A stretch of 38,682 nucleotides of DNA, counting the filler, from Aduncisulcus paluster (taxonomy: Eukaryota): the NCBI GenBank assembly GCA_024181965.1. It is 2 parts of 2 records of this genome, joined end to end, with 100 filler letters (N's around TTAATTAATTAA, not from the genome) between each part and the next. Parts side by side here need not be neighbours in the genome. Positions count along the whole stretch, not along the records: positions 20,378 to 38,682 come from BQXS01017728.1; 1 more part is not named here. One strand, 5' to 3'. Shown piece after piece: positions 20,378 to 30,811 of the stretch. The translations under genes were made by a program, and so were the position numbers. The notes below the pieces were generated by a model that made no database searches, was not told the origin of the DNA, and saw only the letters and a program-made list of their open reading frames with translations. The stretch's first letter is position 1, and every line of letters starts with the position of its first letter.

Positions 20378-20791
20378 GATGCCGTCGTGTCGCAGTTTTG
20401 TACCACTGGTAGCTTTCTGGCAATGGAGGTAATGATCAGGAGACATATTCTTCTTGCACATCGGACAACTCGTTCCCTTACAAACATGGGTAGCAACCCC
20501 AAGGCGCTTGCGTATCAAGAGAATGAATGCCAGATCTTTCATGCGGTAGATAGGAAGAGGTGGCTGTTTTAACAGGGCACTGACCATGTTGTCCTTGCAT
20601 GAAGCATGGGCAAGAGCAGTACACCGTAAAACCTTGTCATATCCCTCCTCCATTTCTTGATATGTCTTCATCAAGTCGTTCTTTCGTCGTACTTGTCGTT
20701 TTCGTCGTTTCTTTTGGATTTGTACTATCAACTGCGAGAGTGTTAGTTCTTTCCATCCATCAATTTCAGAAATAATCTTTTTGTTTTCACG
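20378..20791 (-). mobile_element. Fragment of a CRE/SLACS-like (RLE-type) non-LTR retrotransposon: region downstream of RT with CCHC zinc knuckle
   Basis: Translation ...SALLKQPPLPIYRMKDLAFILLIRKRLGV...CPMCKKNMSPDHYLHC...KLRHDGI matches the L..pP....m....F...lr.RLG...CxxC...H...C...RHD pattern that precedes the restriction-like endonuclease. GC-richer than its flank; cut by the gap. Confidence 0.65.
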
Positions 20792-21279
20792 TCAGTAATA
20801 AATTATTTAAGATTATAATGTTTTTTCATAAATTTAATGAACCATTTTGAGCTTAGATTGCTTGACTCAACCCCAGATTTTATCGCGTTTCATTTCTATC
20901 ACCTGATCTGCATTTTACAGCTGCAATATGCGAAAGTCCAAATCTGCAAAATGCAGTTGCTCAATCTGCAAAATACAATTCACCCTTGTAATTCGAAAAT
21001 AGAAATGTCCCAGACGTCCAATACTGAGCACTTAATTTTGCGAAGGTCAAAAACATTTATTGTTCACCTCTGTATACGTCAATCATACATTTTATTTGGG
21101 AGAAAGGTGTTATCGTGAATACTTTAGTATCGTCAGTAGGAAGATCGGGCGGCGTTTGATGCACATGATTGAAATCTTGAATGATAATAGTTATTATTTG
21201 ATCATCACGTACCATGACCCAGCTAAATCTGGCAAATCCGCAATAATATCATGAAAACTCATAAAATCATTCTATAATA

Positions 21280-23661
21280 TCACAATGAATATTCAAGCTC
21301 TTCACAGGAATATCTTTTCTTCCATCCAATGCATCTCTCTGCGTCACCTCTGTCTTCTGAAGATATTTCACCGAAAGGGAAACATATTCCGGGGGTAGCT
21401 CCATCCCCGATAACAAGGATATTCATAACTCTGAACATGCTATCTCTCACTTTCTTTGCTGGATGGAATAAACCTTGGTATATGTACTGTAAGATCGTTG
21501 CAGATCCAACAACACATCGGAAGGCATCTATAGCCTCACACACAGCTTGCAAGAGCATTGAGTCTCCATCCAGAACATTTGGGAATATAAAATTGAATAA
21601 ATGGATGCAGATGTCCCGTGTTACGGAAGACCCTCCCTCAGCACACCCAATAAAAAGATGTTTACAACACACACATGCATATGTTCTATGATAATTATCC
21701 TTGTCTGTTAGAGCATGTGTCAAGAAAGTCACAAGAGAAGGGGCGTAAAGCTTGATATCTGGTCCAACACATTGTAACACGAATGATAGTGCCTTTACGC
21801 ATGCTCGTTGAACGCTGAGATCTTCAACAAGCGCATATTCATTCAAAATAAACGGAATGACAGTGAAGGGCCCACATCTCTCACTCACCACACCCATTGC
21901 AACAGTGGCCAGTGTTCTCAGCTGGCGATTACTGGCTCTGAGAGTCGTAAGGAGAGCTGATAGAACATTGTGGGGTCCGACAGTCATTGCAAGTTCACCA
22001 TATACGAAGATGGCAGCCCTTTTCACAGGTCTATGATTTGACGACAGAAGAGAGAGGAGCTGGAAAGCAATACGGAGGAACTCTTTCGTATCTATCGTAT
22101 CCATTTCACCCCTTGCCATCCTCGCCCTGTCCTCTGCAGATATTCCGTAAAGTTTCGATCCAGTAACATAGGCTTCAAGCTCTGAATTCTCTTCATCTTC
22201 ATCTGATTCGCTATAATATCTTCCTTCTTCCTCTTCTTCTTTCTCTCTCAATCTTTTTTCTTCTGCTCTTCTTGCTCTATTCAACTCATATTCCTCTTTC
22301 TTCTTCTGTCTCTGCATTCTCTCATCATCTTCAAGACGTTGTCTGAGAACAACACCTCCGATGCAACGCACAGCACATTCTTGCACCTCTGCGTGGTCGT
22401 GTGACAATGCTGGAGACACGTGCGTCAGTGTATCCCGCACAGAGACCTGGACAAATGAGGAGATGAGAGGGATAGGGGTGGTGGAATGTGCCATGGATCT
22501 GAGCAGCGAGGAGGGAAAAGGGGCAGGTAAAGAGAGAGGGAGAAGGATAGAGAGACAACGCAGGGTAGAAGAAAGGGTGTGTGGAGGAAAGGATGCCAGA
22601 GCAGCAGAGATGGATATGGAAGATAGGAGGGTGTTAGCAAGGATAGAGAGCAGTCTATGATCAAATGGACTGAAGATATTCATCACAACAGGGTCTGAAC
22701 TAAGCATAGTTAGAGATATAGATCTCTCCGTGTCTCCAGTTCCTCCTCTTTCAATTGCTTGGAGAGACGAGTGGAAATAGTCAATTATTATGGTTTGTTT
22801 TAATAAATATCTAAGGGTTAATGTTTGTTTTCTACTGAGTTCCCACTCTCGACGCCACATACAGATAGCCGAACACACTGGGAAAAGGTTACACAAGATT
22901 AAGCATACGCAACGTCGCACAGAGATACCAGAATGCTTTAATAAGGGTCTTAATTGGTCTAATATATAATTGAGGATGAAAAATGAAAAGGAAAAAGGGA
23001 GTTTTCTCAAAAGCATTGAAAATAGACGAGATGAACCGAAATGAGGATGTCCAAGAGTTGGACGCCTTGCCAATGACTCACTCAATGATTTTGGGAATAA
23101 AATATATTTGGATGGAATTTCTCGTTTGCGCAAAGACCCAATTCCAAAAGAAGAAGTTTCTTGGATTGGTTCCGTACTTATATGATGGATGCATCGCTCG
23201 ATGATGAGTATTATTTGTCTTAGTTGGAGCTGATCGGTGCCATATTTATAAATAATCCCTTCCAAAATGGAAATAGATAGAGCGGAAACATTAGATTCGG
23301 GATCCATCATAAAGGGAATAAGTCTTTGGATAAGAATTTGGTTATCTTCTTCGAAATATGATAAATCTAGAAATGTAATGACAATATTGAATAGTAACAA
23401 TGTATTATCTGAAGTCTGATCTTCACGATCCGATGAGGTCTCTGATTGAAAGAATGATGATTTAAAACAATTTTCAAATATGTCGGAAATTGCTTCACGT
23501 CTAATATAGGCTTCAATTAACTTTTGATTTCGAGTTACAGAGATTGACTCTGTTTTTCGTTGTTCGATCAATTTTTTCACATATGAACACTGTTTTCTGA
23601 TTTGCTGTAACCCTTTTAATTTGGATTCAAGACTTCCTTTTTTATACCACTCTCTATCCAT
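21280..23661 (-). CDS. SF3B1: Splicing factor 3b subunit 1 (Hsh155), shortened and divergent, 793 aa
   Basis: C-terminal HEAT repeats: EFLRIAFQLLSLL...VGPHNVLSALLTTL...CGPFTVIPFILNEY...LSVQRACVKALSF...YIYQGLFHPAKKVRD, with terminal RYSCEELEYSL. Confidence 0.93.
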   Translation of the reverse strand: MDREWYKKGSLESKLKGLQQIRKQCSYVKKLIEQRKTESISVTRNQKLIEAYIRREAISDIFENCFKSSFFQSETSSDREDQTSDNTLLLFNIVITFLDLSYFEEDNQILIQRLIPFMMDPESNVSALSISILEGIIYKYGTDQLQLRQIILIIERCIHHISTEPIQETSSFGIGSLRKREIPSKYILFPKSLSESLARRPTLGHPHFGSSRLFSMLLRKLPFSFSFFILNYILDQLRPLLKHSGISVRRCVCLILCNLFPVCSAICMWRREWELSRKQTLTLRYLLKQTIIIDYFHSSLQAIERGGTGDTERSISLTMLSSDPVVMNIFSPFDHRLLSILANTLLSSISISAALASFPPHTLSSTLRCLSILLPLSLPAPFPSSLLRSMAHSTTPIPLISSFVQVSVRDTLTHVSPALSHDHAEVQECAVRCIGGVVLRQRLEDDERMQRQKKKEEYELNRARRAEEKRLREKEEEEEGRYYSESDEDEENSELEAYVTGSKLYGISAEDRARMARGEMDTIDTKEFLRIAFQLLSLLSSNHRPVKRAAIFVYGELAMTVGPHNVLSALLTTLRASNRQLRTLATVAMGVVSERCGPFTVIPFILNEYALVEDLSVQRACVKALSFVLQCVGPDIKLYAPSLVTFLTHALTDKDNYHRTYACVCCKHLFIGCAEGGSSVTRDICIHLFNFIFPNVLDGDSMLLQAVCEAIDAFRCVVGSATILQYIYQGLFHPAKKVRDSMFRVMNILVIGDGATPGICFPFGEISSEDRGDAERCIGWKKRYSCEELEYSL

Positions 23662-24022
23662 GACCCAAGAGACGATTTACATCTTCGTCATTAATTAAAC
23701 TTATATATTCGGATTTTGTATATTCTTTTCCATCTTTTCAATTTCAATTGTCATTTTATGATAATAATATTTTGAAAATATCTTTAATGCAGCTGATTTG
23801 AAAATGACAGTGATCTATCTCTTCATTTAATAAAATAACGTTATATTTGAACATTGTGAGATATAGTTGATATATATTTATAAATGAATTAAATATTTTA
23901 ACCATGTTCTATGCACTCTTTTATTTGCCGCAAAAAGAAATACTCGTTTGCGAGCTAACTAAGTTGTCAACATATTTTATTTTGATTGAAACAAATTTTA
24001 ATAATAATTTTATGAATATTTT

Positions 24023-27000
24023 ATGCAACTTCCAATTGATTTGAGGTTAAAATCATCGATTACTGTGAATACAAGAAAAAGGTATCCTGAATGGTTTATT
24101 GCAAATGATTCAGAAGACATTTTCGTTAAAGATGATTATTTAGCGTCGTGTATTTCAAAAGATAAGCGGGGATTCTGCAGTTACAAACGCAATGAATGTT
24201 TTTCTCAAATCGTTCAGGAAACAGCAGTGATGATGTCAAACTCAGAAGGTAAACGTATTAAAGATGATAAACAATGTCAGAAATTGTTTCCTAGTGGTTC
24301 TACTCATTCTTCTTCACAATTACTATTGCATTGTGGTTCTTGTCATTTTTTCATCCCTCAGGAACATAGAGTATCGCAAGATTTTGATCATCATAGTGAA
24401 TCTATTGCTAATCCTTCATTTTCAATGTTTTCTCCAAGGTCAACAAGAGGCGACTCAACTCATGGAATTTATTCTTCTCCAAATCCAAGCGATTTCGTTT
24501 CCTCTTTTAAAATGCTGAGGAAAAAACTCCGTGATACAATGACTCATGGGTTATCAGCTCGTTTGAGTCGTAATGATTCTCAAATAGAACACAAAAAATC
24601 AGGTTCATCAAGTTCTCCAAAATCAAAGAATATCTCACATTCTCCACAATCTTCAATTAATTACAATGAATTATTGACACGGTTTCATCCTATTCCGGAC
24701 AAATATATCTATTGCTAATCCTTCATTTTCAATGTTTTCTCCAAGGTCAACAAGAGGCGACTCAACTCATGGAATTTATTCTTCTCCAAATCCAAGCGAT
24801 TTCGTTTCCTCTTTTAAAATGCTGAGGAAAAAACTCCGTGATACAATGACTCATGGGTTATCAGCTCGTTTGAGTCGTAATGATTCTCAAATAGAACCCA
24901 AAAAATCAGGTTCATCAAGTTCTCCAAAATCAAAGAATATCTCACATTCTCCACAATCTTCAATTAATTACAATGAATTATTGACACGGTTTCATCCTAT
25001 TCCGGACAAATATCTCTATTGCCAATCTCATTTGTCCTACAAATGTAATGCCTGTTCAAATCGATACAATATCATCATAAAACATCAACAATTAGCAAAA
25101 CCATACATGTGTGCACTTGTTGAGGAAAAAATAACCCCAGGGGTCAAACGGGATATCACCCATTCATCATCTTCTCCAACTCTCTCCTCATTTTCCCCAT
25201 TGATATCTGGATCATCAATACATGGATTTAGAGATAGTTCCGGCATTCCTCCTGCTCCATCATGTGCTGAGAAACTCCTTTGTTCGATCTCGTCACTCTT
25301 GTGCGACATTTATAGCGGATTTATTCCATATTTCTATATTGTTGGAGCCAAGTTCACCATTTTAGTTCGGTGTGGCTTCAACACGACCAAAGATATACTT
25401 AAACAAAGTAGAATTATGAAGAAAATGAACCCAACAAAACCCAGAGAAACGAAAGGGGGAAGATTATCAAGACCTTCAAGAAATAGAACACACATTCGTT
25501 CAGAACCATCTCATTTTGGATCTCCCTTTTCTTCTCCCTCTTCCTCTCCCTCTTCCTCTCCTCTTTCCTCTCCTCTTTCCTCTCCTTCTTCTTCTCCTTC
25601 TCTTCCTCCTTTCTCTCCTCCAAAGAAAGATTCTTTATCCATGGTTGAAGGAAAGAAAGACGGAAGTAAGGACGAGAAAATTATGCCCCATGCACCAATT
25701 TCGGAACCGATTGCCATTATTCAGTATCACACTGATATCTATGTTGGGTATGAGTTGGGTGAAGCCGGTATTCCATTCTGTTGTAATCCAAAAATAGAAT
25801 CACGAGATGTTTGGGGTTCTTTATCTTCCTCTTCATCCTCTCCTTTATTGCCAAGGTCTATACTGAAGAAAGAGAATGACAGTAATAATGCTATGATCAA
25901 GGGATGCAAGAACATCAACAAACTAATCCAATTCATGCTAATTGGTATGAGCTTGAATATCATCGGACAGAATGGTCCTCTTATTCTCTCTCCTCTCCCT
26001 TTCCCCCATTCACAACAAAGCATAGCCCAAGTCAACTATTTAGGGGTTATTGAGAGAAAAACTGATGGAGTTCACTCAGGAATGCAATCAAAATCTCCAA
26101 ATAAGTTAAAGGATAATAACTTTGGAGATAAAACAGATATGAAGAAAGGAAAAGAGGTTGCCGAAGGTGCTGGAAGTATTCTGGATTTCTCAAGTTACAA
26201 TATGAAGAAATCCCCAAATCCGTTTGTTAGTCCTCATTCTTCAAGATCAGACATCATCGATGATGGTGGAGTTGATCGTCGACTTTCCCGAGGTTCTGGT
26301 CCTCGTTCACCATCAGCTTCCTTTTCATCCTTTTCTTCTCCTTCTTCTCCTTCTTCTCCTTCCATTTTTGAGCAAAAAAATCAGATATCTTCCCACTCTC
26401 TTCCAGATGATTCCAGTGCTGTATATGATTCCACTCTATCTCAGCGATTACAGAATACTCATGTCTACTCCATTCAATCTATCTGCCCACTTCTTCCAAC
26501 ACAAGTGCATGGCATCATCAATACACTTGGCCGGAATAAGAATTGTGAATTATTTACATGTCCAAGCCTTCGTATTGGAGATGGGTGGAATAACGTGAAA
26601 AGGATGTTGTCTCACAGATTAATTGGAATTGACAAAGATGAAGATGCAGAGTTGGATGAGGTGAAGATATTTTTAGCTTCTAAATTAGGAGCTTCCTCTT
26701 CTTCTTCCTCCTCGCCTATCCTTGGAAAGAGACGTTCGGCTTCAGAGATTGTATCCCAGGGATCTCCGTTGCTTGGAGATGAGGATGAACAGGAGAGAAT
26801 TGTTCTAGCCACCGTGGAACATGCAAGAAAGAAGAGTGCCTCACCCTTACTGAAAATCGACACAGAGTTGCCATTCTCATACCTTCAGGCCCTCATAAAA
26901 AACTGTGATGAGGAACAGGAAGAGAAGAAAAAGCTTCGGAGGGAACAGCGACAAAAGAGAAAAGAGGAGAGGGAGAGAAAAAGGGAGAAGAGAAAAGAGT

Positions 27001-27182
27001 TGACACAATTCGAAAAATTAGATGATAAAATCGAGGGGAAAACGATACAAGATTCAACAATTGAATCAGAATATATTCCTTTTTTTGGGTACAGTCGTCC
27101 TGACTTGAGAAAATTTGTTGAAACCGTTTGTGTCGGTTATTCTTCGATTAAAAAAAGAGGAGAAATATGGGAATGGGAATAA
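24023..27182 (+). CDS. DONSON: DONSON (downstream neighbor of Son)-like protein, about 950 aa once a 307-bp duplication is removed
   Basis: DONSON blocks appear in order: LPIDLRLKSSI, SISSLL...FIPYFYIVGAKFTILVR, ELGEAGIPF, IKGCKNINKLIQFML, PLILSPLPF, YSIQSICPLLPTQVH. ORFs 24023-24718 and 24732-27182 fuse in frame when one repeat copy is deleted. Confidence 0.75.
24401..25027. repeat. Tandem duplication of 307 bp with TCTATTGC(T/C)AATC microhomology
   Basis: 24401-24707 is repeated at 24708-25014 with about 2 substitutions. The junction motif occurs at 24401, 24708 and 25015. Confidence 0.93.
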
Positions 27183-27419
27183 TAAGAAATATTGCCTTTT
27201 AAACATATTTGTACCAGTTAAATCGTATTGCTCTGATCAATGATCTGAGACTAGATCTTCAATCTCACTTCTGAGAAGTGATTTACTAGAATCTAGATGA
27301 GTCTAGTTGAGAGATTAGGGGATTATTTATCCTAAATCAATAATTTATTTCAATAAAATCATTTTTTGTTTTTGTAACAAAATTTGTTTACAATTTCAAT
27401 TTTGCTCCGTTTCCAGTTT

Positions 27420-28258
27420 ATTTATGCTTCTCATACTCCATGTGTTGTATTATTTCGAAATCCAGAGGTGAAAACCGAACCTAGTTCATTTTCAGCCACA
27501 TTTAAAACAAATGTTACATCAAAGATGAAGGCCAAAAACAAAGCCGGTAAGGTCGTATACTCGATGGATTTCCTGGGCCGAATGGGGTAGATGAAAAGCC
27601 CAGGTCTGGTAAATGGTCCTTTTACACTTTACAACAGTTAAAGGGTGCCAAATACCAACAGGGTATTTGTTAAATAAATTTAACACGGTACCACAGGAAC
27701 CGAAACGGACGGAGGAAGCAGGAACTATCGGAACGGACGGGGGAAGCGGTCGGAAAAAAAAAAGACAAAAAAAAGGGAGGATGTAAAAAAAAATTAAAAA
27801 CACCCTACCAATGGAAGGAGGAAAAGTTCTATCTTCAAGAAAAAGGATAGCAAGAAATCTTGCCGTCTTGAAGACAAAAGAAAAACCTCCACTTTAAGGG
27901 AAAAGATTCATTTTCTGAAAAACCCTTGACAAAAACATATTAATAAAAAAAGAAGAAAAGTATAGGTCAGTACTTGACATGCGAATGATAACTTCGCATA
28001 TCATTGAATGATTGTTGTTTGTTTCTTTATAAACTAACAAATCCTGTTTTGGTAAGGTATAACGAAAATATTGCAGAAATGGAGAGAGCTTTGCAGGAAA
28101 TGAGTACTCACTTTACTCACAATACGAAATTAATGGAAGAAAACAAAGTAAGAAAGATCAAGACCATTCAGAAAAAGAATTTACCTGGAACTCTTCTTCG
28201 AGTGACTTCATTTGCTGGATTTATTGTTCTGTTATCATATTTTGGAAAAAAGAAGTAG
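27420..28258 (+). pseudogene. Disrupted or low-quality coding-like region ending in a coiled coil plus hydrophobic tail and KKK (possible tail-anchored protein)
   Basis: 27460-27960 is purine- and GC-richer than the spacers but broken by stops and A-homopolymers. The 3' segment reads YNENIAEMERALQEMSTHF...LLRVTSFAGFIVLLSYFGKKK*. Possible intron at 27966-28056. Confidence 0.35.
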
Positions 28259-29043
28259 ATTTTTCCTAGTTTATAATATTTTAGAACTTATTATTTCGCT
28301 GTAGATCAAAAGTGTATTTTTCGAGGAGTTGGTGGTGCGATAGAAATAGAAATTCGCATTTTTTTCAGTGAAACAAGAATTGGCTGCATGATGTATGGAA
28401 ATTTTCATCGTGTATCTTCATTTTTTTAACCATGTTTTTTTTTGTGGCTAACTGCGTTAGTAAAAATATACTCGTAATAATGATGGATGGATTGGATTTA
28501 TTGGGGATTAGGTTTGAATATAGAAATATAAAGGAATAGACTTGATCTTTGTACCAGTGAAAAAACGTCTTGGTTGAACATCCTATTAGGCGAGATGAGA
28601 AAGGGTAAATATACAGAATACTTGATATGTGTCTGGGAAAATAACATCATTCAACCAAAAAAAAAAAAGAAACTACGAGAGAATAAAAAAAAATGGAACA
28701 CCGATATCAAAAAAATCAAGAGAAATCATACAAACAAAAAGATCGCTAGAATAATATGCTTTGGAATGGTTTCAAGACAAAAATAAAACGTATTTGGGAA
28801 TATTACGATGATAAGCATATTACTATTAGTGGTCAATTTGGATTGATATTGTGGATAAAAAGTGAATAAAAAATAGAGAATCAAGAAATGAATTACAAAT
28901 AAGGTAAGCAAAACTTGATTCCAGAAAACATGGTCTTTTTTTGTTGCTATATAAAAGAAATGATATAAAAACACTTAGATTGGGAAAAGACATGGGAAAT
29001 CGTGACAATAATGACGAAGTATAAATAAAATAAAAAGGAATGA

Positions 29044-30276
29044 TCAACTTAGGATGGCATTCAAGGCGAGGGCAAAGAGACTACCTGCAAATAGCCCAGA
29101 GGCCAGGAAAACGGTCATCAAAGTTCCGGCTATAGGCTGGTCCTTCTTTTCTACTTGAGTGGGACCATTCATCATGGCAACACTACTCGTGTAACCATTG
29201 GAAACAGAGAAAACCACCATGGTAGAGTACAATAGAAAATCATTGTGAAGAATCTCTTTGACTTGCAGAATAAACAATGGGAAGAATATTAAACGGATAA
29301 AAATAACGGCAATATTCACATTTCGACCCCAAAGAACAACGAATCGTGGCAGAGTTCGCCCAATCATGTCACCGACCATGAAACAGCTCATGTTCCAGAT
29401 GCTAAACCAGTCTGGGTCAGTAAATGATGCAGAAGTGACCATATTGGTGACTCCAGGGAACAAAGTGAGGGAAATAAAGAACACAAAGAAGACAGAAATG
29501 CAATCAAGCCATATCTTTTTCATAACCTCTCCAGGGCTTGAAAGAACTTCAATAACAGGTTCCTCAGGATCTTGTTGGATATCAATGGTAACAATCTCTC
29601 CAACAACGGATCCGTGCATCAAAAGAATGGTTTGATGGGCTCTAGGGATACGACGGGCAACTTCAAATGCGATTAAACAAGAAATGAGAATAAGGCCGGC
29701 TAAAATAAAGTAAATAATGGTTCCAGAAATAATTTGATCATCACGGCTCATCGCAGCTTGAGTAATAATTCGAATAATTTCCATAACAAGGCCGGCTCCT
29801 CCAGCACCACTCATTGCAGCAACTGAGAAATGTTCACCAAGAGAACCTCCCATAGAATAAACTGTGGACTGAAGAATACCGGCGGCATTGCTAGTGATAA
29901 CCGTGACAATAAGAACGAGAATTAGAGCAGTCGTCTGGTTGGTAATTTTTGTTGGGATAGAAGGAATCAAAACAAGAGAGAATAACTCTACAATTAACGA
30001 AATCCAAACACGTTTGTTGATACTCCATTTGTTTCCCCACTTCATCATAACAAAGGCCCCAACTAATTGTTGGGAATTAAAGGCAAAAGAAATATAAAAA
30101 AGAACGTTAAAATCGGGGATTGTATGAGTCCAGAAGTTTACAGGAGTAATCATGGCATTAAATAACAGTAACGACCCAGTTCCAAGGAGAAGCATGATGA
30201 AAAATAGATTTCTTTCATCTTTTCGTCTTTGTTGCTCTTCCTTGCAACAGAACATATTTTGGTTTAAAATGGGCAT
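29044..30276 (-). CDS. Equilibrative nucleoside transporter (ENT/SLC29 family)
   Basis: About 11 hydrophobic segments with ENT motifs LLGTGSLLLFNAMIT, AAMSGAGGAG, FFISLTLFPG, GDMIGR and SNGYTSS. Start is ATG 30276 or 30255. Confidence 0.94.
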   Translation of the reverse strand: MPILNQNMFCCKEEQQRRKDERNLFFIMLLLGTGSLLLFNAMITPVNFWTHTIPDFNVLFYISFAFNSQQLVGAFVMMKWGNKWSINKRVWISLIVELFSLVLIPSIPTKITNQTTALILVLIVTVITSNAAGILQSTVYSMGGSLGEHFSVAAMSGAGGAGLVMEIIRIITQAAMSRDDQIISGTIIYFILAGLILISCLIAFEVARRIPRAHQTILLMHGSVVGEIVTIDIQQDPEEPVIEVLSSPGEVMKKIWLDCISVFFVFFISLTLFPGVTNMVTSASFTDPDWFSIWNMSCFMVGDMIGRTLPRFVVLWGRNVNIAVIFIRLIFFPLFILQVKEILHNDFLLYSTMVVFSVSNGYTSSVAMMNGPTQVEKKDQPIAGTLMTVFLASGLFAGSLFALALNAILS

Positions 30277-30592
30277 TTTGGGAATGATTCTTATTCTACT
30301 CAACAATAACTCGTCAAAAAAAGCGGGAGCTGAAATGAGACCTTATGTGAGTTGCGATGAGTTGACAATTACCCGGCCAATTCTAATTAATTAACTAGAA
30401 TATATGAAATTAAAATTCTTTATTTAAAATAAATGATCTGCGCCGCATAGGACGATCCTTGAAAAAAAAATACTCCGAATATTGAATAATCAAGTGTGAG
30501 TACCTTGTTGGAAATAAGAAAAATCATCATATTGGAATCAAATTAATCATTCGCAAGATCAAAATCCTGATTTTTTGGCATTTAGTACGATA

Positions 30593-30750
30593 GAACTTTC
30601 GTCTTGGGACTTCGGTGGGGTCAGTCGTATTGTGGAGGGTTCTTGACCCTTCGACGATTCGAAACGGAGTGTTCCTTGTAATATACCTATCATATTCACA
30701 GTATCTCTTTGATCTTTGCCCAAGCAGAGAGTGAGTGAATGTTGATTCTG
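30593..30750 (+). ncRNA. Candidate structured non-coding RNA, family unassigned
   Basis: A GC-enriched island in an AT-rich spacer that folds by hand into a three-way junction plus a second long hairpin. G-U wobbles favour the + strand. Confidence 0.4.
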
Positions 30751-30811
30751 AGCCTATTATTAAAAATCTGAATGTTCACGTTTATATCATACCATTTGAA
30801 GCCATATGACT

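Noticed and set aside
23654..23750. Short off-frame peptides upstream of SF3B1 (QLKLKRWKR; NDEDVNRLL) reminiscent of its p14-binding region
   Set aside because: They lie in different frames with stops and no clear splice sites, so they cannot be distinguished from chance.
27689..27723. CAGG...GAAA...GGAAGCAGG resembling SRP RNA helix 8
   Set aside because: The required base-paired helix and flanking SRP structure cannot be formed.
30593..30674. Type III hammerhead ribozyme (GUC triplet paired opposite CGAAAC in a three-way junction)
   Set aside because: The essential CUGANGA core is absent.
30593..30750. H/ACA snoRNA, SECIS element or TPP riboswitch for the nucleoside transporter
   Set aside because: No ANANNA hinge or terminal ACA, no SECIS AUGA/GA quartet and no TPP core motifs. 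The structure also favours the strand antisense to the flanking mRNAs.
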